Assembly (NCBI RefSeq): GCF_001447785.1
Contig: NW_015160215.1
Location: forward strand, 983,616-1,047,615
DNA length: 64,000 nt
Direction of reading: 5' to 3'
Source: Gekko japonicus
Taxonomy: Eukaryota
Part shown: positions 24,558 through 36,782 of the stretch, piece by piece
How positions within the stretch are numbered: the first letter of the stretch is position 1
Layout of the letters: every line of letters begins with the position of its first letter
The notes under the pieces: generated by a model
What the model was told of the DNA's origin: nothing
The model's database searches: none
What the model saw: the letters and a program-made list of their open reading frames with translations, nothing else
Made by a program: the position numbers and the translations under genes

Positions 24558-26930
24558 GATGTCAGCGTGTCACTATGTCACGATGTCTCTGTTGAGGTTC
24601 CACTTTCAGAGGTGGCTGTCCCACTGGTTGCCAGCCTTATGCCCTTCAGTAAAAAAAGTAACAAACTCAAATACAAGTCAGACATGGAAATGGTATGATC
24701 TATCCCCAAATAATCTGAGGGCATTAAATTTTAAATTTGACCCAAATGCCCAAAGCAAAGATTAGATTTATTTTGGGTACAATAGCTATAATTTGTTGCA
24801 TTCAATTATCTGTTGCTGGGTTTGAGCCACACGGAAGTTTGAACAGTTTTGTGAAAAGCAGATTTTAAAATATCTTCTGTAAAGAAGTTGTTTAAAAGCA
24901 CAGAACTTAGTAAAGATTGACTTATCAGTAGAGTAGTACTGCATGACCCAGTTACAGAGGTCAGTAGATCAGAGGTAGCTTACTAAGATCCTGCAGGTGG
25001 CAGAGACATTTTTGTATAAACTTTTTCATATATATTTAGGATGATGTAAAGGGGAAGGGCAGGATTATTGATTTCCTAATGTGGTAGAATGATGGTAGTG
25101 TAGGCCAAATCCTTCTTCAACTGTTTTCAGACAAATTGCCTATTTTGGAAAGCTTTGCGGAAAACAAATGCTGCAGACAAAATTTGAAGATGCACTTTAG
25201 GGAGCCATGCTTGTTCATGAAGTTTATAATGATATATTTATCTTGTGTACAGAACCAGACTTGTAGATAAAACTGAAGTGGGAGGAAGGAAATTACTGAT
25301 GTGGTTCCGAGCTGAAATAGCAGGAAAGGTGTGAGTAAAAGAAGATTCCGTGGGAGAACTGTGCTTTGAAACCAAAGGATTTAAATGAAAAATAGAAATG
25401 TTATTGAATAATGGATAAAGATGCAGCACCACGGGATATTTGATGGAGTTGCCAACTGCTGTTTTACTCCCTATGGAAGGCTTCATCTGCTAATACTTTC
25501 AAAATAGTTTTATTTTTCTAGTGACATTTTGGGGCCTCTGTGTATTTGTGGGTTTTTCCCCAGTTTGTGTGGTTTTCTGTCAGATTATTGGCCTGGATCT
25601 GAAGTAGTAAGAAAATGGTTAATAGTAAACATCTTACGGTTGCTCAGAGGGTTACCAGATCTACCTTGGCTACCGGCAGGGGATGGGAAGTAGGGTTGCC
25701 ATCTCCAGGCTGGGAAACTCCTGGAGATGTGTGGGTGAAGCCAGGGGAGGACAGGGACCTCGGTAAAGTACAATGCCATAGTATCCGTTTTTTCCCCAGG
25801 GGAACTGATCTCTGTAGTCTGGAGATGAGCTGTAAAGAGGCTGGCATCCCCAACTGATAATCTCCCAAAGAGGAAGTCAGCAATGGCAACTGCTTATTGC
25901 CTAATTTATGTAGTTTTGAAAGTGCTGAGCACTGAGACAGGCTCTCAGTCCATGCATTTATTCTGCAGTCACAGGCTTTCCAGGGTGCAAAAATGATGCC
26001 GGCATCACACACACTACTGACGAATCTAAAGTAATTTATGATGAGGGTATTGTAATAGGAATTGAGGAAGATTCTCCTGGTTCCCCCAAAAACTGATATC
26101 GGCAACTTGTGAAGGAACACAACAGGTTTGTTTAACTTGGGCCTAGAGGCCCCAATTGTAACCACTCCAGCAGTTATCTTAACAACTTCTTCTTACCAGA
26201 CACACAAGGAAGCAGATGGCTTTTCAACTAAACATTAATTCTTTCTTAACTTTATCACCTTCTGTATATATACTATGACTGTCTTATGCTTACTCTGTAC
26301 GTTGGTCTCAAGACCGCAATAATAAACTAAACTAAACACCTGTTGTAACTTTTTATCACTGAGAATTTTCCATGCAGGGTCCTGTGTGTATGGCTGTCCC
26401 TTTTGTGTAACTCTCTCCCTCACAAAGGGGGAGAAAGATAGCGGGCAACTACAAACATGCTTTTGTAGCTATTACTATCTCCCGGCCTTGGCTCCTGGCC
26501 TCTGCTGCTGATCTTTGCTACAGCAGCAGCAAAAATGTGGTATGGGAAGTGCTATCTGGTTGTGCACAGAAGTCACATCATGACATTAGGAATTCCCCAA
26601 ATCTCTACAGGTTTATCATAGAGACTGTGGAATTCCTAGAATCTTGTGATGTTGCTTCCCAGTACTATCAGAAGTCTCAGTGTGACATTGCACCATGTCA
26701 TCTACCCCTTATTTTTGCTCCTGCTGGAGTGAAGAGGCTAGCTGGCAGTCCTACTTCTGTAACCACCCAGAAAACCTCTGAACTGGGCCCCTATTACTAA
26801 AATAATACTCAGATCTCCTCAGATTTTATCTTTAAGTCATAGGAGCAAATATCTTGGATTATTTTCTCTCTCTGAATCAGCTGAAGGTTGGCAACCATAC
26901 TTACAGCAGTTTAGTTATTTGTTTTGCAAG

Positions 26931-27298
26931 CAGGGTTGCCAGGCACAGCAACTGGCAGGAGTCTGGGAGGGCAGGGACATGGGAAGGGCTGTTGGCAGCA
27001 GCGTAATGTCACTTCCAGGAAAAACTTGGAAATTTTGTCATACATCTCTGGGAATCACTGGAAATTCTATGGCAATTCTTAGAGGGGACTGACAATTCAT
27101 TTGGGTTTTCCACAGAAGTGACATCATGCCATTGGTCCAGCAGTGATTTTATTGTTTTTCTCTTGCTGCCACTCAGATTCTGGGTTTTCCCAAAAAGTCT
27201 TTTGTCCTGACAGCATTTTTTAATTTATTTTTCTCCCTCTGCTGCTCAGGGTTGCCAGCTGGATGTCTCCCACCATAGCAGGAGGCCTGGAAACTCTA
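26931..27298. mobile_element. TAGGGTTGCC-family hAT MITE
   Basis: Termini cagggttgccagg / cctggaaactcta; TSD tttgcaag/tttgcaac. Confidence 0.8.
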
Positions 27299-28806
27299 TT
27301 TGCAACAGTTTTCAACCCTAACTCAACAGAGAGACTGCTTTCAGTTTCAACCAGTTCTGCTAAAATCATCTGCAAGATTCATAAGTCTAGGCCATTCAAC
27401 AGAGCTGGCTATAGATAAGTGTTTAGCTTATTTCAGTCATTATGTTTGGGAATGTCCAGCTACATGTTTTGGGTGTGATACGTGTGATCCTCCCAATATT
27501 TATGGTCCCCATTTTGTCTGAATAGGGCACTATGATTACTTTCAGCTTCACTACATTCTACACAAAACCCTGGGCTTGCTGTAGTTGTGTATAATAAGGT
27601 AGAAAATATGTACAGCGTGCTGCTCAGAAGAAATAGCAATCACACATATTGGAAAGTTCATGATTAGCGCGTATCTCATGAATGCACGGCTGAACACCTT
27701 GTACAATAACAACTGAAAAGGGCTTTAGTTTTATGGTGGATACATTTTGTCCCAGATCATGCAGACAGATGGATTTGGGAGTAAATAAATAGTCCATAGA
27801 GAAGCACTGAAGTGTTTTGGTGCTGTTCTCATCTCTGCACTCCAAGCTATACCTGCTTAAATCCTCTCTTTTAAATTTTAAATGAAGCTCTAATAAAATA
27901 AGCCTCCTTCTTATAAAGACAACATTCCAAAGCTAATGCATTTTGTTGTCACAATTTCTTTCTGTACACATTGAAAACTGATGTCAGTGGAAAGCAGTTC
28001 TCTAATTCTCCCTTGCATTCATTCCTCATTAGCTGGCTTTTTATCCCCCTCAGTGTCTCATTGGCCTAGAAATGCCCCGCTCCATTCCTCTAGTTGCTTC
28101 TGTTCTGTTGAGTAGTGCATTCTCCATTTCTCCTGTGAGGTCTCTTCACAGTTCTCTTCATAACCAGTTCAATTATCACATGCACAGAAGTCTTTGTTTC
28201 TTTAGTGGCTTTTCTAATTTCAAACCTTAAAGTTCCTCCCCAGCCAGTCAGTAATGAAGATTGGTTAGCTGTGCACGCTACTATGAAAGTGCAGGTTTTG
28301 CTGATTTATTTTCTGAAGAAACGAAAGACAATTTTCTGTTCAAAGCTCTTTCTTTACTTATGCCTGATATCAAACACTTCAATATTTCATTTTGGCAAAT
28401 ATACACCTATTTTACAGGAAGTGAGGAGCTAGTATTTTTAGAATGTCAAAGTTCAGTATACCCCAACAAAATGGTGAGATCTAGAAATTCAGATTGAATA
28501 CATCAACCAGCGGCTTAGATCATGTGGTTCGGTTCTGCAAATGAGGGTGAAGCCTCTTGCATGGGGGGAAGGTACTTTGTGTTGGAGGAAAGTACTAGGG
28601 ATGTCAAGATCTCTGCCACAAATGAGTTCACCAGGAGAAATGACCATAATCAAAGGTAACACATCTGCTGATCTGATCTCAGGATTAGCTCATTAGTACA
28701 GCAAATGTCCAGTCTCCTTGTGACCTTGCTGCCAGCAAACAGCACTTATCGCACCAGCTGAATTCCTGATTTGAGGACTGCACTCTCAGTCCCCAAAGTC
28801 TGGAAT

Positions 28807-29030
28807 GAAGAAGAGTTGGTTTTTGTACCCCGCTTTCTCTACCCAAAGGAGTCTCGGAGCGGCTTACAATCACCTTCCCTTCCTCTCCCCACAACAGTCA
28901 ACTTGTGAGGTACGCGGGGCTGAGACTGGCCCAAGGTCACCCAGCAGGCTTCATGTGGAGGAGTGGGGAATCAAACTCCATTTTCCAGATTAGAGTCTGC
29001 CACTTATAACCACTACACCATGCTGACCCT
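28807..29030 (-). mobile_element. Squam3-type SINE
   Basis: tRNA-like head (minus strand TGGTGTAGTGG), CORE-like body and (CTT)n tail. Confidence 0.85.
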
Positions 29031-30870
29031 CATGCTGGAATGAAAGGACACAGACTATAATAATGGTCACTTGGATTAGAATGAATGCTTTTCCAGGGCT
29101 GTTTTGGCCCCTCAGCCCACCGCCTAAGCTGATTTACTCAGATGTAAGCCCCCTTTATTCAGTGAGCTTACTCTCAAGAGAAAGGATTGCCTGCTCATTT
29201 TGGTTGCAAGAGACCATATTAAACTAATTCCCATGTTTTTCCCGGGAATTATCCTCAAGTAAGCATGTATAAATTTGCAGTGTGCAGCTTTTATTAGCAA
29301 AGTTTATTAGTATAATGTGTAGCAAAGCAAGAGAGAGATGACTGACTGGGTGGTATTACCTAGTAGTTGTTGGGTTGGTATCCTGTCCCTTCCTCCAGCC
29401 AAGGAACATGGAATCATGGCTGGGAGGTAGGTGGAATCTTTCCAGGAGTGTTTGGGCCTCCCATCCCATTTTTAATGAGGTCTACTCAGATGAAGGACCC
29501 AACCTCATTTTAATTGCAGAGGTCGTATTAAACCCACCCCCTTGTTCTTCAAAATCCATTCCTCCTTTTATGAGTAACTGCAACCTCTATGATAAGCTCC
29601 TTTTTAAAAAAAGCTACGCAGTCAAATCATGCTAGTCGTCAGTACTCAGAATTCATTAATGGGAATAACAAAAGATAGAATCTACTTTAAAACTAATTCA
29701 TTTTGGAAGACTGATTTGAACATGGCTGCAGATAAAATAATTATGTCTATGCAGTAGTAGTGACATTGGGGCCTAAGAGACAATATGCATGTCTGAAAGC
29801 TGACTGTGTGTAAATGCTGTTGCGCAGCCACCCCCTTCCCTAACAAACTCCGGAGAATGGTTCAGTGATGGGTCATTGATAAATGAGTGACATATTCACA
29901 CCTGGTGATCACAAGATGACCTAAACCTGCAGGAGTTCAGGCATCCCTAGAAAATACAACCATTAGTGTGTGGGGGGGAATCTACAGGATCCAATGGTAT
30001 AGGAATCAAATTCAGCCCATTTATGAAGCAGCTGAGGCGGATGATGCTATAGAATTTTCAAGCTTTATGATTTGATTTTAATATCCCCATTTTGATTGTT
30101 CATCTGCCTTGTGAAAATCTTTATTTCAATGTCATTTTCTATTTCTTTGCACTGAATTATTCTGAGGAATGTATTTTTCAATACGTTATACATATAAACA
30201 ACATTCATTGTATGTGTAATTTGAGTTTAAAATTTTGTTTAAAGATATCCACTGATACCAGCAACTAAAAGGGCTGGACCAGAAAACATTCACAATAGCA
30301 ATATATGTAAGCAAAAAGAAACAAAAACAGCATATCTATTCTACATCTTATGAAAACCATTAAATTTCACCTAAAGGCCAAAAATGAGTTTTGAGTGCAT
30401 GCTGGACTAAATATCTGAAGAAGTTTCAAGGAAGTCAAACTTTATATGTGTGTGTATGTACACACACACACACACACCACAAGCAATATTTCTTAGATCT
30501 GTAGAAGGAATAACAACTCTCCAGAGAACATGTACAATATCTATTGGCCAGATACCCTTGAGGAATATATAATTTCCCACTCCATTTCCCTTTGTTTTAC
30601 CTTCAGAATCAGGGACATTGCTTCTGATGATGCACCTTCATAGCTTGTGAGGATACTAATGAGCCATGCTCTAGAATCTCCTGTGCTTTGAACAAAAGAA
30701 TGTGCTGCGCTGTCATAATCTCACCAGGTAATTCAGTGGCCTTTTCTGGATAGGAGGTATCTTTCTTTGTTGTTTGCTCTCCCAGTGGCTTTAAGTAGAC
30801 AGTTCCTCTGTATAAAGGTGAATGCCATCCTTTAAGTTAAATCACACTTCCACATCCATTGAAGACAATG

Positions 30871-31122
30871 GGAGCCAGTTTGGTGTAGTGGTTAAGAGCT
30901 GCAGGACTCTAATCTGGAGAATCAGGTTTAATTTCCTACTCCTCCACATGAAGCCATCTGGGGGACCTTGGGTCAGTCACAGGTCTCTAAGAGCCCTCTC
31001 AGCCCCACCTATTTCACAGAGTGTCTGTTGTGAGGAGAGGAAGGGAAGGAGATTGTAAGCCACTCTGAGACTCCTTTGGGTAGTAAAGGGTGGGGTATAA
31101 AACCCAACTCTTCTCGTCTTCT
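30871..31122 (+). mobile_element. Squam3-type SINE, full length
   Basis: ggagccagtttggtgtagtggttaagagc A-box head; gaccttgggtcagtcac CORE-like body; tgtaagccactctgag 3' end; CTT tail. Confidence 0.88.
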
Positions 31123-31404
31123 TTGTTCTACTGAAGGCAAGTATGGTAGTTGCTGTAGCAACATAATCTATTTTATTGGGTAATGAAATAGAAGAGTAAT
31201 GAAACAGCACAATAGATGTGCACCTTGATAGACACCCAAATAGTATAGCAGCCTCTTTACCAGCAATTCAAAACTGCTATTCCCAGTGACTTTTTAAAAT
31301 TTCAGAAACAAAGAAAAAGGAAAAAGCCTCTGCTTAAAGCAGTGTTTTACTTCAACCAGGAATACATTCCCCCATCCTTCTGGGTGAAACTTCAAATTTG
31401 CATT

Positions 31405-31570
31405 AACAAAAGGACAGAACTATGCAAAAGAATAAAAATATGTGAATCTGACATTAAAAATCACTATATTCAGCAGCCAGTGGGGGAACATTTTAATCTT
31501 TCAAGGCATACTGTTGTTGATCTAGAGGTTACAGTGCTCCTACAAAATAACTGTAATGGGAAACTCCAAA
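31405..31570 (+). mobile_element. Penelope GIY-YIG endonuclease C-terminal fragment
   Basis: Translates to LCKRI...SDIKNHYIQQPVGEHFNLSRHTVVDLEVTVL. Confidence 0.85.
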
Positions 31571-32520
31571 ACACACAGAAAAACCTTTGCAACTCCCCCA
31601 CTCTGGGGGAGATTTGACTGTTTTCCTCTATTGGTGAAGACCTTTTTGTTTCATCTGGTAAACCCCAAATAATGGTTATTGGCCCTTCTTCTAGTGTTCT
31701 GTGTTTTTAATTGAATTTTATAATTTTAACTGTATTTATAATTGTTTTAATGTTTATGTGTTCACTGCCTTGTGAATCCTGATTGGGTGGAAAGGTGGAA
31801 TAAAAATGTTTTAAATTAAATAGTTTAATTAAGACCTTTTCCTCAAAATAGAGTTATTCCAGGTTTTCTTGGGAGTTGGTCCACAAACATTGGAATCAGT
31901 TTGATCGGGGTTCTGCACATCTGGCTTAAATAATTAGAATTTTCAAGGAGGGTGCTGTCACCATCAGTATCCTTATCAGTGTTGTTATAGCGCCCTCCTT
32001 ATTTTTTTTAATAAAAGTCTTTAAAATATCAATATAACACTGTAATGTTGTAATAATAGTTTAATCAGGTTCTCTGAGTTTCCAGCTTTCTTTCTTTCTT
32101 TTTTTTAAAGTAAGTCTTTAGCATCCTTCCTGGCAAGGATATGGTTTTTCCCTTATATCTACCTCAACATAGGATACCTGCCCCAGTGAACAGCTCGTAT
32201 ACCTTTAGCTCAAATAACAGTGCAGTCGGGGTGTGTGTGTGTGTGTCCCCTGCCTCTTTTAATGTGCTTCCTTATAAGGCTCCATGGGGAAACGATCATT
32301 TGGCCCCTGTCTCTATTCAAGAGCTTCCCATGGTTCACCTGTCTCCCTACTCATTCCCTAAACAGAAACGTCACAGATTTAAAACTATATTTTGGAAAAT
32401 TTGTAGACAGGGTGAATCTATGTTCTTGTTGCTCACCCTGTTAAAGCCATGTTATAGGGCTTTTGGATGATTGCTGATACAACACAGTACAAATGATTCC
32501 GTTAAACATGAGAATGGATG

Positions 32521-32678
32521 AACAAATTTTGAATCTATTGGCACCTTTAAGACCAACAAAAGTGTATTCACACGAAAGCTCATAGCTTGAATAAACCTTT
32601 GTTGGTCTTAAAGGTGCCACTGGACTCAAAATTAGTTCTACTACTTCAGACCAACATGGCTACCCCCTTGGATCGATA
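32521..32678. mobile_element. Short foldback Penelope-derived insertion
   Basis: Same inverted arms as 7487; perfect 10-bp TSD agaatggatg; the loop retains cacacGAAAgctcata (hammerhead 3' half). Confidence 0.8.
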
Positions 32679-33225
32679 AGAATGGATGGTTAAACTACCA
32701 GTTCTATGCTAGGGAGGCATGAATGGTACAATTAATCAGTTCTAAAAGTACAACCACCATTAAAAAGCTACTGGCCTATATGAATAGCCTGATCATTGTC
32801 TTGAATATAATGAAGAAAAATTACTTGTCAGGGTATTGGATATATTTTCCATTGTAATCTAAAGACAAGCAATGTGCATATAGGCATTTATAAAAGGTTA
32901 TATAAGAATGTATGGATTTATGAAGATTTAGAAGATTCTTCAGTTCCTGTTGCAATGTCTTGGATGTGAATGGAAGCAGCAAGCAAGTTTTTTTGACCCC
33001 CCCCCTGCCAAATGCAGACCTCCATCTCCTCCCAAAGCTGTTTCCAGGGTCCCTTTTCTACCAGAAGCAGCATTTGGGGGTATTTTGGTCTTCAGCAAGT
33101 GGTGGAGGAGTGAACAGAAACTCCTTCCATCCATGACAATCTCTGGTGGATCCAAGCCAATAATTCCAAAATCCTGGGATACTATCCACAATGAGTCACA
33201 GAAAGCCTTATGGACAGGAAGCCGT

Positions 33226-33367
33226 TAAAAAGACAAAGAGTCCAGTAGCACCTTAAAGACTAATGAAATTTGTGGCAGAGTATGATTTTTCGTGAGCCAC
33301 AGCTCACTTCTTCAGTAGAACTCTTGCTCTTTTCTACTAAATACAGATTAAAACGACTACCCATCTA
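33226..33367 (-). mobile_element. Short Penelope-derived insertion with a hammerhead core
   Basis: Related terminal sequence tccagtagcaccttaaagac; minus strand CTGAAGA-A-GTGAGC-tgtg-GCTCAC-GAAA at 33315-33288; degenerate TSD gacaggaagccgt/gataggaaacagt. Confidence 0.75.
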
Positions 33368-35082
33368 GATAGGAAACAGTGTTTCTTACACTGAACAACA
33401 TGGGATGCATGATTTTTGAAGCAGCAGGGATACCAGAAGCCTTAGACTGAATACAAACATAATCCCACTAGTAGGTCCCCTCAGAAAAAGGAGGGGGGCC
33501 CTCTTTCTTGTGGTTCAATTTAGAAAATGAATTCTAGCTGGGTTTTGACATTATACTTTGTCTTTCCTCTAATTAAGGAAGTTAACTACAATGCAACAAT
33601 TTATAAACTCAGGGCAGATGTTAAAGGGTGGAGAAAAACTATCACTTATTTGCCATAGAAATAGGAGACCATCTGTACACCGAGTAACAGCATATTTAAC
33701 TCATTTTAGCATCAGCAAAGTGAATACAGTATGAGTTTGAACTGTAGCTCATTCAGTACTTGAAATAGTTATGTTCTTGGTTTTAATGTTAATGTCATGT
33801 TGAGAATATGTCCACAATTCACACCCTCCTACATGTTCACAGGCAAACCATGGCACATCCTTTTTCCCCACTAAACCTTTATATTTGGTGTTGAATAAGG
33901 GGGAAAAAATCAGGGCGATAATAATTTAAACACAATATAAGATGACAAGTCCACGGGGGAAAAAAACCATAAGCTAGTCAAAGGAATGTTGAATAACTTT
34001 GATACCACTTAGATGTAACTACTAAATCAGTCATCATGAAACTGAAATGAAATAACATTACTCAAAGAAGCCCATCTAATAATTTTGAAATAACATATGC
34101 AGGTGGCACTTGTTGATTGACATCTCTTCCAAATTTATATTTTTGAAAAAGAAAGTATTTTACGTTAAACTTTTATTTATATGTTTTTGGGTTTGTTTAT
34201 TGGGGGGGGGATTCTTAGTTGATGTGTCAGTTTTGTCACTATTAGTTGTCTCAGACACTTTCATACCAATTCTTTAATGGTAGCAAAGGGTGACAGTAAA
34301 GGATCTTCTTCTACGATGGATTTTCTAACCACAAGATGGTATTTGCCAAATGGTGATGGGTGAAAGTGATTACTGAAATGGGCTGAAGTCTGAGGAAAGA
34401 GCGTTTTAGATAAGAAATTATTAGATGCAGTTGTTTTCCTTTTAAAAAAATAGAATTGAAGTACTATTTTCTTCATTGTGTTGCATAGAGTGAAAGGGTT
34501 GTTTTGAGTTCCAGTAATTTTTGAAATAACTATAATATTGAAAGGATAAGAACTGATTGGCAGGGATGATCCTTAGCTTCTTTGGAGGCTATTGCCACCA
34601 TTCTTATGTCTAGCTGTTCTTAACGGGCTCAATGAATGTGTGTGTGTGTGTGTGTCCAGTGACTAATCTCAACAGTTGTCAAAGATATATCCTTTCACAC
34701 TGAATCTTCAAAGTGAAAAAAAATGGACAGCAGTCACACTACAGTAAGGTAATTCAACTAAACCTGAGTTGTAAGTCTGCATTCAACTAAACCTGAGTTG
34801 TAAGGGACAACTGTGAACTGTGAAAATTAAACACTAGGAGCCACTTTATAAATCCAGATTAATCTGTGGATCTGTTCATTGGAAGGTTGTTTGTGTAAAT
34901 AATGTTGCCACATATTAGGTTTAAAACTGTAGTTGAAATATCCACAGATCCCTGCTTTGCCTCAATATGCCATATTTTGGAAAGTATTTGTGTATTTTTT
35001 TTGTATACATATCGTTTACCCACAAGGTTACTGTTTGAATTTTGGGAAGATTGCTTCCCTGAGTCTGCCTATAAGATGATAT

Positions 35083-35606
35083 AAGAACATAAGAAGAACC
35101 CTGCTGTATCAGGGTTCAATCCATCTAGTCCAGCATCCTGTCCCACACAGTAGCTAACTAGTTCCTCTAGACAGCCAATAACAGGGTACAGAGGTTGAGA
35201 CCTTCCCCTGATGTTGCTTCCTGGCTCTAGGACTCAAAGGATTAGTACCTCTGAATGTGGAGGTTCCCCTCAGTCACTATGGCTAGTAGCCATTGATTGA
35301 TCCTCCACAAATTCATCTAATCCCCTTTTAAAACTGTTTATTCCTGTGACCATCACTACATCCTCGGGCAGTGAATTCCACATTTTAATCACACTCGGTA
35401 TAAAGTAGTATTTCCTTTTGTTCATCCGGACCCTACTGCCCACCAGCTTCATTGGATGCCCTTGAGTTCTAATATTTTGGGAGAAGAAGAAAAAGTTCTC
35501 TATGTCAACATTTTGCATAATTTTATAAACTTCTATCATATCCCCCATTAGTCATCTCTTTTCTAAACTGAAAAGTCCCAAACTCTTCAGCCTTTCCTCA
35601 TACATA
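35083..35606 (-). mobile_element. CR1 LINE 3' end
   Basis: GDMIEVYKIM..TQGHPMKL..RKYYF..WNSLPEDVV..FKRGLDEF; CR1-type 3' UTR and TTCTTATG tail. Confidence 0.92.
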
Positions 35607-36565
35607 TAGACATTCTTAAAGGGAAAAGGGAAGAGAGAAAGTATGAATCCAAGAAAGGCTCAAAACCTGAGAGAATCAGTGAAAGAGAAAGTGGAAGTAG
35701 ATCCTGGCTGTAAGGAAAAGAGGAGGAATCACAACAGGACAGAATGAAATCATGTAAATAAACAGCCACGTCAGATAGAATTGATAATTGTGAACATAAC
35801 TGTAATGTAATGTAATGTATTCCAAATAAGTACACTAAAATAAAGAGGATGTATAGCCTCTCTTGGGAGCAAAAAAGTAATGTAAAGTGAATGTGAAGAG
35901 TGACTCTTTGTCTCTATCCAAGTGATCGGTCTACAAAGACAGAGAGGAATGTGGACAAGGAAAAGGCAGTAGCAGGGGAACTAGTTCAGTAGGTTAAAGA
36001 AGAAGTAGGGTTTTTAAAAATTATTTTACAACATTTATACCCCTCATAAGGGTCACCAATGCCACTAACAAATTTAAAACATATATAATCACATCTTTAA
36101 AAGCATTTAAACCAACAAATATCTGTTAAAGCAGGCATACAGCGCAGGGCACCAGCAGCTGGTCTTAGATCATGGTCAGTCTTGTATTGGCTGAGCGTAT
36201 TAGGCAAGTATAATAGCAGGAATCTATAGATTAGGCAGTTGCTGGTCATAAAATAGTAAATACTTCTGAATCATTTTAACAGCTAAAACAGTGGTACTCA
36301 CTGTGGCTTGAGAAGAGCCACTTTCACATTTACTAACAACCCAAAGAGTCACATTTACTTCCATCCCTGGCAGGAGGCCTGTACATTAGGAAGGTTCATA
36401 GCTTACCCATTTCTCCAGTGGTGGCTGTTTCAAAGTGGAAACCACCTGCCACCTACAAGCCCCACCAGGGAAGGGCCTTGCCCACTTTCCTGAAGCATGC
36501 GGTTAGTGCCACATTGAGAAACAGTGCTCAGAAGACCCACAAGTGACATGTCACTGAGTCACAAG

Positions 36566-36782
36566 TAAGCTTGCCAACATCCACATGGGGCCTGGAGATC
36601 TCCTGGAATTCCAACTGATCTCCAGATGACAGAGATTAGTTCCTTTGGAGAAAATGGCTGCTTTGGAGGGTGGGCTTTATGGCATTATAGCTTGATGATG
36701 TACATCCCCTCCACAAACCCTGCCCTTCCTAGGATCCACCCCAAATCTCTGGGAATTTCCCAACCCAGAGTGAGCAGCCCTA
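36566..36782. mobile_element. Degenerate TAGGGTTGCC-family MITE (related to ~25690-25850)
   Basis: Degenerate TIRs; internal homology to 25690-25850 in inverted orientation. Confidence 0.6.

Larger units (their letters stand above)
23644..24640. mobile_element. TAGGGTTGCC-family hAT MITE hosting two nested MITEs
   Basis: Left TIR tagggttgcca; split internal hairpin homologous to 1672-2025. The right end is uncertain. Confidence 0.7.

Noticed and set aside
25253-25335. Possible plus-strand exon (tgtacag ... gtgagt)
   Set aside because: Weak pyrimidine tract, no recognisable peptide and no partner exons; such signals are expected by chance.
30871-30950. tRNA-like A/B boxes here and at 47204, 54849 and other copies
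   Set aside because: These are SINE heads continuing into SINE bodies, not tRNA genes.
34752-34804. 24-bp direct repeat attcaactaaacctgagttgtaag, two copies
   Set aside because: A simple local duplication with a 5-bp spacer, not an array.
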